DNA of 64,000 nucleotides from Candidatus Multivoradales bacterium (GCA_965248925.1 CBDFLE010000006.1:1184001-1248000); one strand, 5' to 3'; positions 47,290 to 58,585 are shown, counted from the first letter of the stretch. The notes: generated by a model from the sequence alone, not told the origin. A program made the numbers and translations.

Positions 47290-50200
47290 TCAACGACCCC
47301 GATCGAGCAGGTGATAAACCGCCGGGATCACCAGCAGGGTGAGCAGGGTCGAGGTCAACAAGCCGCCGATCACCACAAAAGCCATCGGCTGACGCAATTC
47401 AGCACCCTCGCCAAGCCCTAGAGCCATCGGCAGTAGACCCAGGGCGGTGGTAGCGGTGGTCATCAAAATGGGCCGCAGCCGGACCTGGCCGGCGCGCCGC
47501 AGGGCCGCCAACTTGGCCATCCCTTCTTGGCGGCGAAAGCGATTGGTGGCGTCAACCAGCAGGATCGCGTTGTTGACCACCAGGCCGGCCAGTAGCACGC
47601 CGCCGATCAACACCACAACCGACAGAGCGACGTCGAACAGCCACAACGTTCCGAGCACACCGACCAACGCCAGCGGCACGCTGAGCAGAATGACAAATGG
47701 GTGCAGCAACGACTCGAACTGCGAAGCCATCACCAAATAGACCAGGAAGATCGCCAGCAGGATGGCCAAGCGCATGCCGGCGAAGGAAGTCTCCATCTCC
47801 TCTCGCTGCCCGCCCATGCGCCAGTCGAAACCGCGCGGCAGATCGAGATCAGCCATCACCTGAGCAATCTCCTCCGCCACCGAGCCCAGGTCGCGGCCCT
47901 GCAGATTAGCGGTGATGATCGCCACCCTTTCACCATCGGCGCGACGGATCTCGGCCGGGCCGACGGTCTCCGCCACCGTCGCCACCGCCGACAGCGGCAG
48001 GGCGGTCTTACCGTCTTGATAGACCACCAGATGCTCGAGATCAGCGGCGCTATTACGATACTCCTCACCGGCGCGTAGGCGGATGTCGATGGTGCGGTCG
48101 GCGCGCTGGATCTCACTGGCCACCTCGCCCTCGATTTTGGCCCGCACTGCAGAGGCCACCTGCCGCAAGCTGAGGCCCAAGGCGGCTAACCGCTGACGAT
48201 CAAAACGCACTTGCAGCTCAGGCCGGCCACCCTCGACCGACGATTCGATGTCGGTCACCCCCTCCATGCCTTGCATTCGCTCGACCAACTCGCCGGCCAA
48301 GCCGGTCAGCAAGTTGAGGTTGAAGCCGCGAATCTCGACCTCAACCGGGGTCTTGAAACTGAAATAGGAAGGGCGGCCAAAACGCTTGTCGAGTTCTTCG
48401 TCCGCCGCCAGCGCAGCTCGCAACTCGGCGATCAGCCGCTCCTCCCGCGGTCGCGAGAAAGGCTTCTGGACCACCACCGAAACCTGCCCGAGATTCTCCC
48501 GTCGATCGGCCGCCGAGCCCCCCTGGTGACTCGAAGCACCGACGATCGAGAACACCGCGGCGACTCCATCTAGCGCCATCGCCTTGCGTTCGGCTTGCGC
48601 CACCCGCCGCCGAGTGACCTCCAAGTGTGTTCCCGGTGGCAGTTCCAGATCGACATAGAACTCCCCCTGCACCAGCTCCGGAACTAGTTCACGGCCGAGC
48701 CGCGGATAAAGGGCCGAGGCGCCGGCCAGCAGCAGCAAGGCCACCCCCACGGTCAACCAAGGATGGGCCAGCACGCCGCCCAGCAGTTTGTCGTAGGCGC
48801 GCGCCAGCATCGCCAAGCCGCTTTGGAAGAGTCGCGCCGGCCCATCGGTCAGCCGCGCCACCACCCAAGCCACGACCCGCGCTAGACCCTTCAGCAAGCG
48901 GACCAGCAGCAACGCCGGCTTGGCCAGTAGACGGCCGAGCAGCCCCGGCGGCTCCTCGGCGTCTTGCGCGACGTGCTCAGCGCCGCGGGCGCGGCGTGAA
49001 GCCAGCATCGGGATCACCGTCAGCGCCACCAACAATGAGACCCCCAAGGAGAAGGTAACGGTCAATGCCTGATCGGCGAAAAGCTGCGCCGCCACTCCGT
49101 CGACAAAAACAATCGGCAGGAAAACGCAGATCGAAGTCAGAGTCGACGCGATGATCGCCGTCGCCACTTCCGAAGCTCCCTGGCGAGCTGCCTCGGCATC
49201 GTCGGGTGTGCCGGCGGCGGCCAGGCGGTCACGGCGACGCTGAATCGCCTCCAGCACAACGATGGCGTTGTCCACCAACAGACCGATGCCCAAGGTCAGG
49301 CCGCCGAGAGACATGATGTTGAGCGACACTCCGGCGACATACATCAAGAAGAACGTCGCCACCACAGAAATCGGTATAGACACGCCGATCACCAGCGTCG
49401 TCTTCCAGCTGCGCAGGAAGAGAAACAACATCAAGATGGCCAAGGCGCCGCCCACCATCGCGGTTTGCAATACCTGGCTAACCGAGCTGCGGATGTAGCG
49501 CGCTTGATCGGTGAGCACGGTCATGCGCAAGCGCGGATCGATCTTCTCCAGCTGATCACTGAGGGTCGCCAAGCGGTCGCGCACCGCTTCGGACACCCGC
49601 ACGGTGTTGCTGCCGCCGGCCTTGTAGACCGCTATTTCGACACTCTCCCGACCGCCGATGGTGGTGATCACATCGCGCTCACGGTGGCCCCGGCGCACCG
49701 CAGCAACATCGGCCAAACGCACCACCGCGCCACCGCGAGTGTCGAGCACCAGCTGTTCAAGATCTTCGGCGCGGAGGATCTCGTTGAGGGTGCGCACCAT
49801 GTATTCAGTCTGGCCGTCGCGCAGGCGACCACCGGTGAGATTGACGTTCTCATCCGCCACCCGGCGGATCACTTGCTCAATACTGAGCCCGAGATTGGCC
49901 ATCTGGCGCTCGTCGAGCGCGACTTGCAGCTCTTCCTCGAGACCCCCTTGCACCTGTGCCGCCGCCACCCCCTCGATGCGCTCTAGCACCCGCTGGACCT
50001 TCTCCTCGGCCACCCGTCGTAGGCGCACCAGATCGTCGTCGCCCGACAAACCGATGCGCAGGATCGGATCCAAAGAGGGGTCATAACGCAGCAGAACCGA
50101 GGGGCCAGCCTCATCGGGCAACTGCAAGCGGTCGAGGCGCTCACGCACATCGAGGGCCGCCAGGTCCATCGCCGTGCCCCAACTGAATTCGAGGGTCACC

Positions 50201-50469
50201 TCGCTGAGTTCGGCGCGCGAACTCGACGACACCCGCAGCAAATTATTGACCACCCCGACCGCGCCCTCGATCGGTCGTGACAACAAGCTCTCGACCTCCA
50301 CCGGCGCCGCGCCGGGAAGCTCGGTGCGCAGGGTCAGCGACGGATAGGTGATGTCGGGCAGCAGGTCGGTGGGCAGGCGGCTAAAAGCCACCCAGCCGAA
50401 CACCACCGCCGCCAACGCACAGATGAAGACGGTCACCGGACGGCGAGTAGAGGTTTCGATCAGGCGCAT
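47290..50469 (-). CDS. RND efflux transporter permease (AcrB/MdtBC-like)
   Basis: RRPVT, LPDITYP, GLLVDNAIVVLE, MASQFES, VVNNAILLVD, RLRPILMT and GGLLTST. Confidence 0.95.
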   Translation of the reverse strand: MRLIETSTRRPVTVFICALAAVVFGWVAFSRLPTDLLPDITYPSLTLRTELPGAAPVEVESLLSRPIEGAVGVVNNLLRVSSSSRAELSEVTLEFSWGTAMDLAALDVRERLDRLQLPDEAGPSVLLRYDPSLDPILRIGLSGDDDLVRLRRVAEEKVQRVLERIEGVAAAQVQGGLEEELQVALDERQMANLGLSIEQVIRRVADENVNLTGGRLRDGQTEYMVRTLNEILRAEDLEQLVLDTRGGAVVRLADVAAVRRGHRERDVITTIGGRESVEIAVYKAGGSNTVRVSEAVRDRLATLSDQLEKIDPRLRMTVLTDQARYIRSSVSQVLQTAMVGGALAILMLFLFLRSWKTTLVIGVSIPISVVATFFLMYVAGVSLNIMSLGGLTLGIGLLVDNAIVVLEAIQRRRDRLAAAGTPDDAEAARQGASEVATAIIASTLTSICVFLPIVFVDGVAAQLFADQALTVTFSLGVSLLVALTVIPMLASRRARGAEHVAQDAEEPPGLLGRLLAKPALLLVRLLKGLARVVAWVVARLTDGPARLFQSGLAMLARAYDKLLGGVLAHPWLTVGVALLLLAGASALYPRLGRELVPELVQGEFYVDLELPPGTHLEVTRRRVAQAERKAMALDGVAAVFSIVGASSHQGGSAADRRENLGQVSVVVQKPFSRPREERLIAELRAALAADEELDKRFGRPSYFSFKTPVEVEIRGFNLNLLTGLAGELVERMQGMEGVTDIESSVEGGRPELQVRFDRQRLAALGLSLRQVASAVRAKIEGEVASEIQRADRTIDIRLRAGEEYRNSAADLEHLVVYQDGKTALPLSAVATVAETVGPAEIRRADGERVAIITANLQGRDLGSVAEEIAQVMADLDLPRGFDWRMGGQREEMETSFAGMRLAILLAIFLVYLVMASQFESLLHPFVILLSVPLALVGVLGTLWLFDVALSVVVLIGGVLLAGLVVNNAILLVDATNRFRRQEGMAKLAALRRAGQVRLRPILMTTATTALGLLPMALGLGEGAELRQPMAFVVIGGLLTSTLLTLLVIPAVYHLLDRGR

Positions 50470-50512
50470 GGCGAGCTGCTTCGACAGTTGGGAAAAAAGA
50501 TCGGAGACGGAC

Positions 50513-51900
50513 TCACGAGCCGCCATCCGCGGCGCGTTGGCGGCGGCGCGCCAGGCGCTCTTCGATCTGCTGCTCGCTTAAGCCTCGCTCGCGCATCCGC
50601 GCTTTGATCGCTTCGATCTGCTCGGCGGACGGTCGTCCCGCCTCCCCCGGAGGGCCAGCGCCACGACCAACACCGCGGCCTTCCTCGCGGCCAGCTCGCT
50701 GCCGACCCGCCGCTGGCGCCGCAGCCTCCCCCGTGCTGGCGCTGGCGAGAACCTCCAGCGGCGTCCCTTCGCTGAGTCCATCTTGGCCCACCACCACCAC
50801 CGACTCGCCCTCGCTCAGACCGGCCAGCACCTCCACCCGGTCGTCACTGCGAAAGCCAAGTTCTACCGCCCGCCTGACGGCGACCCCATCCTCGGCGACA
50901 TAGACCGTGTCGCCCAGAGAATCGAGGGCCAGCGCCGCTTTGGGAATCACCAGGGCGTTGGGCCGGCTCTCCATCTCCAGGTAGACGCTAGCAAACATTC
51001 CCGGTCGTAGCTGCCCGCCACCCTCGACTTGCAGCGTCACCTTGACCGTCCCGGTGGCGGCATCGACCACCGGCGAGAGGCGCAAAACCTGGGCGGCGAA
51101 GCGCTGGCCGGCCCAGGCGACGACCTCCAATGAAGCCGTTTGGCCAACCCGCAGGCGGCGCAACTCGCGCTCTGGCACCTGGATCGGACACAGCAGCGGG
51201 TCGAAATCCGACAAGCGGAAGAGGGGCGTGCCGCCGCTGACGTGCTCGGCAAACTTGACATAGCGCGCCACCACCAGGCCCGAGAACGGCGCCTTGATCT
51301 CGGTGTAGTCGAGCTGTACCCGCAACCTCTCGACATCGCCCAGCGCGGCCTCGAAGCGAGTGCGAGACTGCTCGAAGGTCTCAGCGGAGATTAACTCGTC
51401 GTCGCGCAGCGCCTTGCCACGGTCGTAGGCCTGCCGCGCCTCGGCCAGCTGGATCTCCGCCACCGACAGTTGGGCGCGAGCCTCACGATCGTCGAGCCGC
51501 GCCAACAGCTGTCCCCGGCGCACCCGCTGCCCTTCCTCGGCCGCCAAGTGAGTGATCGGCCCACTGCTCCGGGCTACCAGGTCGATCTCATTCTCGGCCT
51601 CAAGGGTGCCGTTAGTTTCGAAGAACGAGCCGATCTCGCGCCGCTCGACTGGCGCCACTTCGACCGGCACTCCTCGCTCCGCCTGCGGTCCGCTCGGCGG
51701 CCCACCGTGGCCACCCGGCCGGCCACCGCCGGCTCGCCCCCCACCCTGCCCCGAACCGCCGCCGTGCGCGGCTGGCGCTCCACCAGCTTTTGCTCCGTCA
51801 GCGGCAGCATCGCCCTTGGCCTGGCCACAGCCGGCCAGTAGGGCCAGCAACAGCACTGCGACCGACCCCAAGGCCGGCCAGCTCCACCGCCAACGGGCCC
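50513..51900 (-). CDS. RND periplasmic adaptor (membrane fusion) lipoprotein; start uncertain
   Basis: Lipobox LLAGC, GQRVRRGQLLARLD, EIKAPFSG, SPVVD..TGT, LRPGMF and GLSEGE.VV. Confidence 0.9.
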
Positions 51901-51963
51901 CGTCCACAGAATTCCACTTGCTCAAATCTTTGCTCCAACTAGCTGCAACCGAATGAGAGATCT

Positions 51964-54900
51964 TCAGGCCAGGCGTACCACCCGACGCCAGAATCGCCCG
52001 ATGTCGTCGACCACTGAATAGAGAGTCGGCACGATCATCAGGGTGAGGAAGGTCGAGGTGGTCAAGCCACCGAGAATCACCAAGCCGACGGGCGCCCAGG
52101 ACGCGGCACGGCCCTCGAGGGTGCCGAACCACTGCGGGAAGAGGAACGGCGCCACCATTGGCATCAATCCCAAGATAGTGGTCACGGCGGTCATCAAAAT
52201 CGCCCGCAGACGATGGCGGCCACCGTCCAAGATCGCTTGCTCGCGACTCAGGCCTTGTCGCCGCAAACGGTTGATGTGATCGACCAGCACGATGGCGTTG
52301 TTGACCACCACGCCGATCAGGATCAAGAAGCCGAGCTGAGTGTTGTTGTCCCGCGGCTGGCTGAAGATCTTCATCACCAGGCCCACGCCGATAAAGGCAA
52401 ACGGCACCGAAAACATAATCGCCAGCGGCTGAGTGAAGCTCTCGAAGAAGGCCGCCATCAGCATGTAGACCAGCAGCAGCGAGAACAGCAAGGCGAAATC
52501 GGCCCCCGCTTGATCGCGCTGATTCATCCGGCTCCAGCGCCCAAACGACCAGCTGTAGCCCGTCGGCAGCCGCAAGCCGGCAAGAGCCTGGCCGACCCCG
52601 CGCATCGCCATCATGGTCATCCGCGGCGAGGAAGTATTAGCGGTCAAAGTGATCTTCGCTTGGCGATTCTCCCGCGCCACCGCCGACGGCCCGGCCACCC
52701 TCACGAAGCTCGCCAGGCTGCCCAGCGGCAGATTCAACCCGGCAGTTCGCACCGGCATTTTCTGCAACTGCTCCAGGGTCTGGCGCTGATCGTCGCGATA
52801 GCGCATCACTAGCTCAATCTCTCGATCATCAGTCTTGAGATAGGCCGCCGCGCGATTCGACAGCGCCCCTTGGACGGTGGAAGCCACGTCCCGAGACGAC
52901 AAATCCGACTGCAAGGCCCGCTGCCGGTCGACCGACACCCGCACCTCGTCATCGCCACTTTCGAGGGAGGAATCCACGTCCTCGACACCGACGACCGCGG
53001 CCATCGACGCCGCTACTTGGTCGGCGAGCAACTCCAGCACCTGCTGGTCATCCCCCGACAGAGCCACTTCGACACCGGTGCTCGAACCATGGCGGCTGCG
53101 GGCCTGGCCGATGCGCAGCTCGACCCCAGCGTGGGTCGGCATCAGGGCACGCACCCGGTCGCGCACCTCCACCGTGCTCAGCCGACTGACGCTCTCGTCC
53201 TGCAGGTAGAGGTCGATCTTGCGTTGCCGGCCAAAGCCACCCCGCGATCGCCCACCCCCAGCGTGATACTCGTAGGAGAAGTCGGCAATGTCGAGTTCGC
53301 TGCGCTGCGCGGCGATAATCCCGCTGAGTTCGACGAACAGATCGCGGGTCTGCTGCAAGGTGTAATTGCGCGGTGTGTCGACATAGACCGTCACCTGGCG
53401 CTCGACCGTACGGCTCGAGAAGGTGCGCTCAATCGACGAGAACAACTGCCAAGAGCCCCACAGCAAGACGCAGGCAGCGACAAAGAAAGCCAGGCGAAAG
53501 CGCAGGGTGAAGCGCAGCATGCGGACATAGACCTGTCCCAGCCGATCGATCCACGGCGTCTGCCGCGGCACTTCGTGAGTCAAGAGTATCGCCGCCGCCA
53601 TCGGCACCACAGTCAGCGCCACCAGCAGCGACGCCACCATGACGATGCACACCGTCAAGCCAATCTCGAATAGATAGCGGGAGAAGAACCCACCCCCAGC
53701 GGTCAGAAAAACCACCGGAATGAAGACACACAACGTGGTGCCAGTGGAGGCGACAATCGGCAACGCCACTTCCGAAGCACCGTAGAGCGCCGCCATCTTG
53801 GCATCCTCACCCAGCTGGTGAGCATGGCGGAAAATCGACTCGATAACGACGATCGAATTGTCCACCAACATACCCAACGCCAACACCAGCCCCATCAGGC
53901 TGACCACATTCAGAGTCAGCTCAGCCCAGCCAGCCACCCGCACGAAGTACATCAGCACAAAAGTAAACACCACCGACACTGGGATGGCGATACCCACCAG
54001 CAACGTCGTCCGCACCCGGCGTAAGAAGAGAAACACCGCCAGCACTGCCAAACCACCGCCGATCAACCCCGCCGAGCGCAGCTGGCCGATGCCCTGGCGG
54101 ACATCGATAGACGCATCTCGGAAGATCCGGGTGTCGAGGCCGGCAGCGGCAGGCTCCCGCTTTATTTGAGCCAGCTCGGCCTTGACCCGATCAGCCACCG
54201 CCAGCAGATTGGCGGTCGAAGTCTTGTAGACCCTCAGCGTCAGCGCCTCATGACCATTGAAAACGTTGAACTCTTCCTGCTCCGGATAGCCGGCACCTAT
54301 GGTGGCAACATCGGCCAGCCGCAGGCCGCCCTTGATCGGCAGCCGACGCACATCCTCCAGGGTTTCGAGTTCACCCAGCAGCCGCACCTGGAGTTCGCGG
54401 TTGCCTTCGTCGATATGGCCGGCGGAGATATTCAGGTGATTATCGCGCAGCAGGGCGCTGAGTTCACGCAGACTGACCCCGTGGGCTTGCAGGCGATCAG
54501 GATCGAGCTGCACCGAGACTTGCCGGCTGCGCAGGCCGCGGAGCTCAATCTGCGCCACCCCGGCAAGGCGCTCCAGTCGCGGCTGCAACTCCTGCTCGGC
54601 AAACTCATAGAGCTGATCCTGAGACCAGGTAGAACTGATCAGCGCCCGCAGCACTGGTAAATCCGAAGTCTGGAAGCGGCGAATAGTGAGTTGCCGCAGA
54701 TCATCCGGCAGCAAGTGGCGCACCCGATCGACCCGATCGCGGACCTCGACATTGGCCAGATCCATGTCGGTATCGTCGACAAAAGTCAGATCGATCCGCG
54801 CCGCATCCGCCGAGGCACTGGAAGTCATCTGCTCGATCCCGTCGAGAGTGCCCAGCGAATCTTCCAGCGGCTGCACGATGCGGCGGGCGATCTCCTCCGG

Positions 54901-55083
54901 CGAAGCCGAGCGGTAACCCACCCGCACCGAGACATTGGACGAAGAAATCGTCGGCAGGAACTCCAGCGGCAGACGTTGCACCGACAACCAGCCGAGCACC
55001 AGCAGCGCCACCACCAACATGCCCATGGTCACCCGCCGCTCGACAGCAAAACGGACGATCGGGTGGATGCGTTGGTGGCTCAT
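51964..55083 (-). CDS. RND efflux transporter permease
   Basis: LPLEFLP, GMLVDNSIVVIE, MAAFFES, GVVVNNAIVLVD, RLRAILMT and GGLTTST. Confidence 0.95.
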   Translation of the reverse strand: MSHQRIHPIVRFAVERRVTMGMLVVALLVLGWLSVQRLPLEFLPTISSSNVSVRVGYRSASPEEIARRIVQPLEDSLGTLDGIEQMTSSASADAARIDLTFVDDTDMDLANVEVRDRVDRVRHLLPDDLRQLTIRRFQTSDLPVLRALISSTWSQDQLYEFAEQELQPRLERLAGVAQIELRGLRSRQVSVQLDPDRLQAHGVSLRELSALLRDNHLNISAGHIDEGNRELQVRLLGELETLEDVRRLPIKGGLRLADVATIGAGYPEQEEFNVFNGHEALTLRVYKTSTANLLAVADRVKAELAQIKREPAAAGLDTRIFRDASIDVRQGIGQLRSAGLIGGGLAVLAVFLFLRRVRTTLLVGIAIPVSVVFTFVLMYFVRVAGWAELTLNVVSLMGLVLALGMLVDNSIVVIESIFRHAHQLGEDAKMAALYGASEVALPIVASTGTTLCVFIPVVFLTAGGGFFSRYLFEIGLTVCIVMVASLLVALTVVPMAAAILLTHEVPRQTPWIDRLGQVYVRMLRFTLRFRLAFFVAACVLLWGSWQLFSSIERTFSSRTVERQVTVYVDTPRNYTLQQTRDLFVELSGIIAAQRSELDIADFSYEYHAGGGRSRGGFGRQRKIDLYLQDESVSRLSTVEVRDRVRALMPTHAGVELRIGQARSRHGSSTGVEVALSGDDQQVLELLADQVAASMAAVVGVEDVDSSLESGDDEVRVSVDRQRALQSDLSSRDVASTVQGALSNRAAAYLKTDDREIELVMRYRDDQRQTLEQLQKMPVRTAGLNLPLGSLASFVRVAGPSAVARENRQAKITLTANTSSPRMTMMAMRGVGQALAGLRLPTGYSWSFGRWSRMNQRDQAGADFALLFSLLLVYMLMAAFFESFTQPLAIMFSVPFAFIGVGLVMKIFSQPRDNNTQLGFLILIGVVVNNAIVLVDHINRLRRQGLSREQAILDGGRHRLRAILMTAVTTILGLMPMVAPFLFPQWFGTLEGRAASWAPVGLVILGGLTTSTFLTLMIVPTLYSVVDDIGRFWRRVVRLA

Positions 55084-55331
55084 GGTCAGGTTCGCGAAAG
55101 GCCGGAGAGCTTGGAGATGTCGGGAATCCGCCCTGGGGTGCCCCGGCAGAAACTGGAGTCTACCTCGCTACGAGCTGGGGCCTTGCGCAAGTGGCCTCAT
55201 AGCTAGAACTTTTTACTTTTCTTACAACTGCGAAGCGACCGGGCCTTTCGCCACTGGCCGCCTTGGCAAGAACCCGCACTTGATTGGTGCGCCAAAGTGG
55301 TGCATCATAGTGGTTCACCATGGAGGTGTTC

Positions 55332-55538
55332 ATGAGCCGCATGTCCATAACCTTGAATGACCAATTGGCCAAAGAAGCACGAGAGCTGTTGCAGGTCAGC
55401 AGCCTTTCCGAAGCGATCCGCATCGCATTGAGCGAAGCTGTCCGCCGTCGACGCCTGGCCAAGGTCCTCGAGCACCGGGGAGCTATCGCCCTCGACGTAG
55501 ATCAGGCCGAACTCGCTCGCCTACGAGCTGAACAGTGA
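55332..55538 (+). CDS. VapB-type (RHH) antitoxin
   Basis: RMSITLNDQL..EA......S.SEAIRIAL. GGAGG RBS. GTGA overlap with the PIN gene. Confidence 0.8.
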   Translation: MSRMSITLNDQLAKEARELLQVSSLSEAIRIALSEAVRRRRLAKVLEHRGAIALDVDQAELARLRAEQ

Positions 55539-55942
55539 TCCTCGCAGACAGCTCGGCGCTGATCGAGTTCTACCGGCCGAATGGCAATCCGGCGGTCCAG
55601 GCGGCGGTCACCGAGGCCATCGGTGAAGATCGTTTGGCGACTAATGGAATCATCCAGGTCGAAGTTGTTGGATTTGCCGCCAACCAACAACAACGCCGCC
55701 GCCTCAGCGCAGATTTCTCCGCCTTCCATTGGCTCTCATTGGACATCAAGATCTTCGCCAAGGCGGCCCGCCTGGCTTTCGATTTGCGGCGTAGCGGACT
55801 GACGATCCCTTCGACAGACCTGATCATCGCTGCCAGTGCCATTGCCGCCGGTGCGGAGCTATTGCACGTCGACAATCACTTCTCATTAATCGCGGCGAAC
55901 AGCTCTCTTCGCTGCCGCGCTTTCATTCAATCCACAAGTTGA
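55535..55942 (+). CDS. VapC PIN-domain toxin
   Basis: ILADSSALI, E, TDLIIAASA and LLHVDNHF. Confidence 0.9.
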   Translation: MILADSSALIEFYRPNGNPAVQAAVTEAIGEDRLATNGIIQVEVVGFAANQQQRRRLSADFSAFHWLSLDIKIFAKAARLAFDLRRSGLTIPSTDLIIAASAIAAGAELLHVDNHFSLIAANSSLRCRAFIQSTS

Positions 55943-55957
55943 AGAGCGCATACAGCG

Positions 55958-56734
55958 ATGACCTCCGAGCAGATCTTCGCAGCCACCTTCAAGGTGCGCT
56001 TCGACGAGTGCGACCCTCAGGGCCAACTCGACCCCAGCAGCCTGATCAGCTATTTGCTGGAGACCGCCACCGGCGCTTCCGACGCCGTCGACCGCGGCCC
56101 CTCGGCGATGCGCCAACGAGGACTGGCCTGGTTTCTCCACCGGCTGCACCTGCAAATCGATGGCGACGCCGGGCATCGCGACCACCTCACCGTGCGCACC
56201 TGGCCCTTTGGCCTTGATCGCATCTTCGCGGTGCGGGAGATCCAAGCCTGGAATGCCGCCGGTAAGTCGGTCGCCCGTGCCACTAGCCGCTGGATGGTGG
56301 TCGATTTCGAACGCCGCCGCCTGATCCGCCTACCGGCCTGGGTACGCCAGGGCTACCGCCTTCGCAACCACCGGCTGATCGCCGACCTCTTCGATCCCCT
56401 GCCCCGGCCCGACCCGCCGGAACTGGCGCGTGAACTGACCATCTGGCGCCAGCAGCTGGATCCCAACGGCCACCTCAACGCCACCGTCTACGCCGCCGCC
56501 TGTCTGAATGCCATCCCGGAGGAGTTGGCAGGAAGCTCCCAGCTGCGAGCGCTCGAATTGGAATTCAAGAAAGAAGCCGGCTGGGGCGACCAGCTGATCG
56601 TCGAAAGCGCGACCGCTCCCGATATGGCAAGCGATCAGTTGCACGCCGTCAGACGCGCCAGCGATGGCGAGGTCAGCGCCCTCGGGCGCAGCCGCTGGCA
56701 GAGCAACGAGACCCAGACAAGAGAAACTGTGTAG
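55958..56734 (+). CDS. Acyl-ACP thioesterase
   Basis: VRFDECD..G, VRTW, ATSRWMVVD..RRR, LDPNGHLN and LEFKKE double hot-dog pattern. Confidence 0.85.
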   Translation: MTSEQIFAATFKVRFDECDPQGQLDPSSLISYLLETATGASDAVDRGPSAMRQRGLAWFLHRLHLQIDGDAGHRDHLTVRTWPFGLDRIFAVREIQAWNAAGKSVARATSRWMVVDFERRRLIRLPAWVRQGYRLRNHRLIADLFDPLPRPDPPELARELTIWRQQLDPNGHLNATVYAAACLNAIPEELAGSSQLRALELEFKKEAGWGDQLIVESATAPDMASDQLHAVRRASDGEVSALGRSRWQSNETQTRETV

Positions 56735-56797
56735 GGGCGCATGGCATGCGCCCGCTTTCGATGGCCGAACCAAAGGGCGCACGCCGTGCGCCCCTAC
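56731..56797. repeat. GTAG-family REP doublet (REPIN-like)
   Basis: GTAGGGGCGCATGGCATGCGCCC ... GGGCGCACGCCGTGCGCCCCTAC inverted pair overlapping the thioesterase stop. Confidence 0.85.
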
Positions 56798-56853
56798 AAG
56801 AAACCCCTTGTTGTCAATGGCCTGTGAATTTCCCGTCGAGGTAGCGGTCCTCA

Positions 56854-57267
56854 ATTGGTTCTACCAATTCTATAGCTACCGACGAATACGCTCCCTACTA
56901 CGGGCTCTGCATCGACCAGGCTCCAGACAGCGACATCCTCGAGATTCTCGCCCAAGAGCTGGAAATCACCCACCAGGCTCTCAGCGACCTCAGCGAAACC
57001 CAGCAGCGATGGCGCTACGCCGAGGACAAGTGGAGCCGACGCGAGATCGTCGGTCACTTGATCGACACCGAATGGACCTTCGCCTACCGTGGCCAGTGTC
57101 TTGCTCGCGCCGATCCGGCGGAGCTACCTGGTTTCGACCAGGAACTCTGGGCACGAGCCTCGAACGCCGATGAACGGCCAATGGCCGAGCTGCTCGCCGA
57201 CGACGGCCAGCAGCGCTCCCGCGAAGACCTTCCCAGCTGCCCCGATTGGGTCCACGCCGACAGCTGA
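56854..57267 (+). pseudogene. DinB-family protein remnant
   Basis: Frame reads DEYAPYY..RYAEDKWSRREIVGHLIDTE.TFAYR..ARAD..LPGFDQ. Start appears as ATT (56854) and the C-terminal His-containing helix is missing. Confidence 0.72.
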
Positions 57268-57367
57268 ACCGCAAGGCCGCACCTACGAATCTGGCAACTC
57301 GGCGTCCGCCCCTTGGCGGACGTCATACATCAGCGAGGGATTTCAATCCCTCGCGATGGCTTCAACT

Positions 57368-57388
57368 GTAGATACTTTCAGTATATAC
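57368..57388. promoter_or_regulatory. Putative VapBC operator (GTAGATAC-N5-GTATATAC)
   Basis: Two 8-bp palindromic boxes just upstream of the vapB RBS. Confidence 0.55.
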
Positions 57389-57407
57389 TCGACATGGAGG
57401 TCAACCC

Positions 57408-57644
57408 ATGCCGGATCACGCTAAACTGTTCAAGAGTGGAGGTAGCCAAGCGGTGCGGCTACCCAAGCAATACAGCTTCAAGAACCAGGACCAAGTCCTG
57501 ATCTACCGCCAAGGGCACCGTATCGTCCTTGAGAGTGAGCGCCCCTCCTGGAGTCCTGAATTCCTCGCCCTGGCCGGCTCGGCTACTGAGTTCCCATATC
57601 CTGAGGAACCACCCACCGCCGAGCCTGGGCCTGAATTCGAATGA
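57408..57644 (+). CDS. VapB (AbrB/MazE-like) antitoxin
   Basis: AKLFKSGGSQAVRLPK..F....V.I.R.G..IVL. GGAGG RBS. Confidence 0.9.
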   Translation: MPDHAKLFKSGGSQAVRLPKQYSFKNQDQVLIYRQGHRIVLESERPSWSPEFLALAGSATEFPYPEEPPTAEPGPEFE

Positions 57645-58054
57645 GGTACCTGCTCGACACCAATGTCTGTGTCGACTACCTCAATGGGCACTATCCCAAC
57701 GTCATCCGCCGGATCCAGGCCACCGATCCTGGAGATCTGGTGCTCAGCACAGTGGTGGTCGCGGAACTTCGATTCGGCGCCGACAAGAGTCAGCAGGTCC
57801 GCCGCAACCACGCTCGCGTCGACATCTTGAGCGCCGAGTTTCCTCCCCTCGATTTCGACCTGACTGCCGCTTCGGCTTTCGGCCCTATCCGCACCTCGCT
57901 GGAGAGATCGGGCCAGGTTATCGGCCCCTACGACATGCTCATCGCGGCCCAGGCAGTTTCCCGTAGCCTGGTACTGGTCACCAACAACGTCGAGGAGTTT
58001 CGCCGCATCACGGCTCTCGACATCGAGAACTGGCGCCACGGCGATCGACACTGA
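57641..58054 (+). CDS. VapC PIN-domain toxin
   Basis: YLLDTNVC, ELRFGA, IGPYDMLIAAQA, LVTNNVEEF and IENW. Confidence 0.93.
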   Translation: MRYLLDTNVCVDYLNGHYPNVIRRIQATDPGDLVLSTVVVAELRFGADKSQQVRRNHARVDILSAEFPPLDFDLTAASAFGPIRTSLERSGQVIGPYDMLIAAQAVSRSLVLVTNNVEEFRRITALDIENWRHGDRH

Positions 58055-58213
58055 TCGCCTCCCTGCCGCAATCCGCCGCTATGCTGTAAATCCTCTGGTC
58101 AAGTCTTTCGAGAATGCCACTTGAGGCATTCCCTTCGCCGCTTCGTTGTTATGCCTGTTGTTGTCTCACTCGCGGCGACCTAGATCCCGCCATACCAGAG
58201 GTGGTAGTTCAGC

Positions 58214-58585
58214 ATGCAGCAAGGCAACCCACAGCACCGATCGGCAACCGTGACAGCCAACGCGGCGCGGACCGCATGGCGCCACTGGCCAACCGTGGCA
58301 TGCATGGTCGCTCTGACCTGCGGCAGCCTCGCGGCCGCCACCCCCGGACAGGGCGCGCCACTCATCTTCAGTGGCGCGGTGGTCGACGACCCCGGCCAGC
58401 CGGTAGCCGGCGTCACGGTTCACCTGGCACCGGTGATGGCGACCACGGTTGCTGCTACAGATCTGATCATCGCCGCCTGCGCCATCGCCGCTGATGCCGA
58501 GCTGTTGCACGTCGACAACCACTTCACGCAGATCGCTGCTCAGAGCGCTCTCTGTTGCCGCGCTTTCACTCAATCCGCAGGCTGA
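58214..58585 (+). pseudogene. Chimeric ORF: secreted-protein N-terminus fused to a duplicated VapC C-terminus
   Basis: Signal peptide plus FSGAVVDDPGQPVAGVTVHL (carboxypeptidase-regulatory-like start), then TDLIIAACAIAADAELLHVDNHF, matching the VapC at 55535. Confidence 0.65.
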
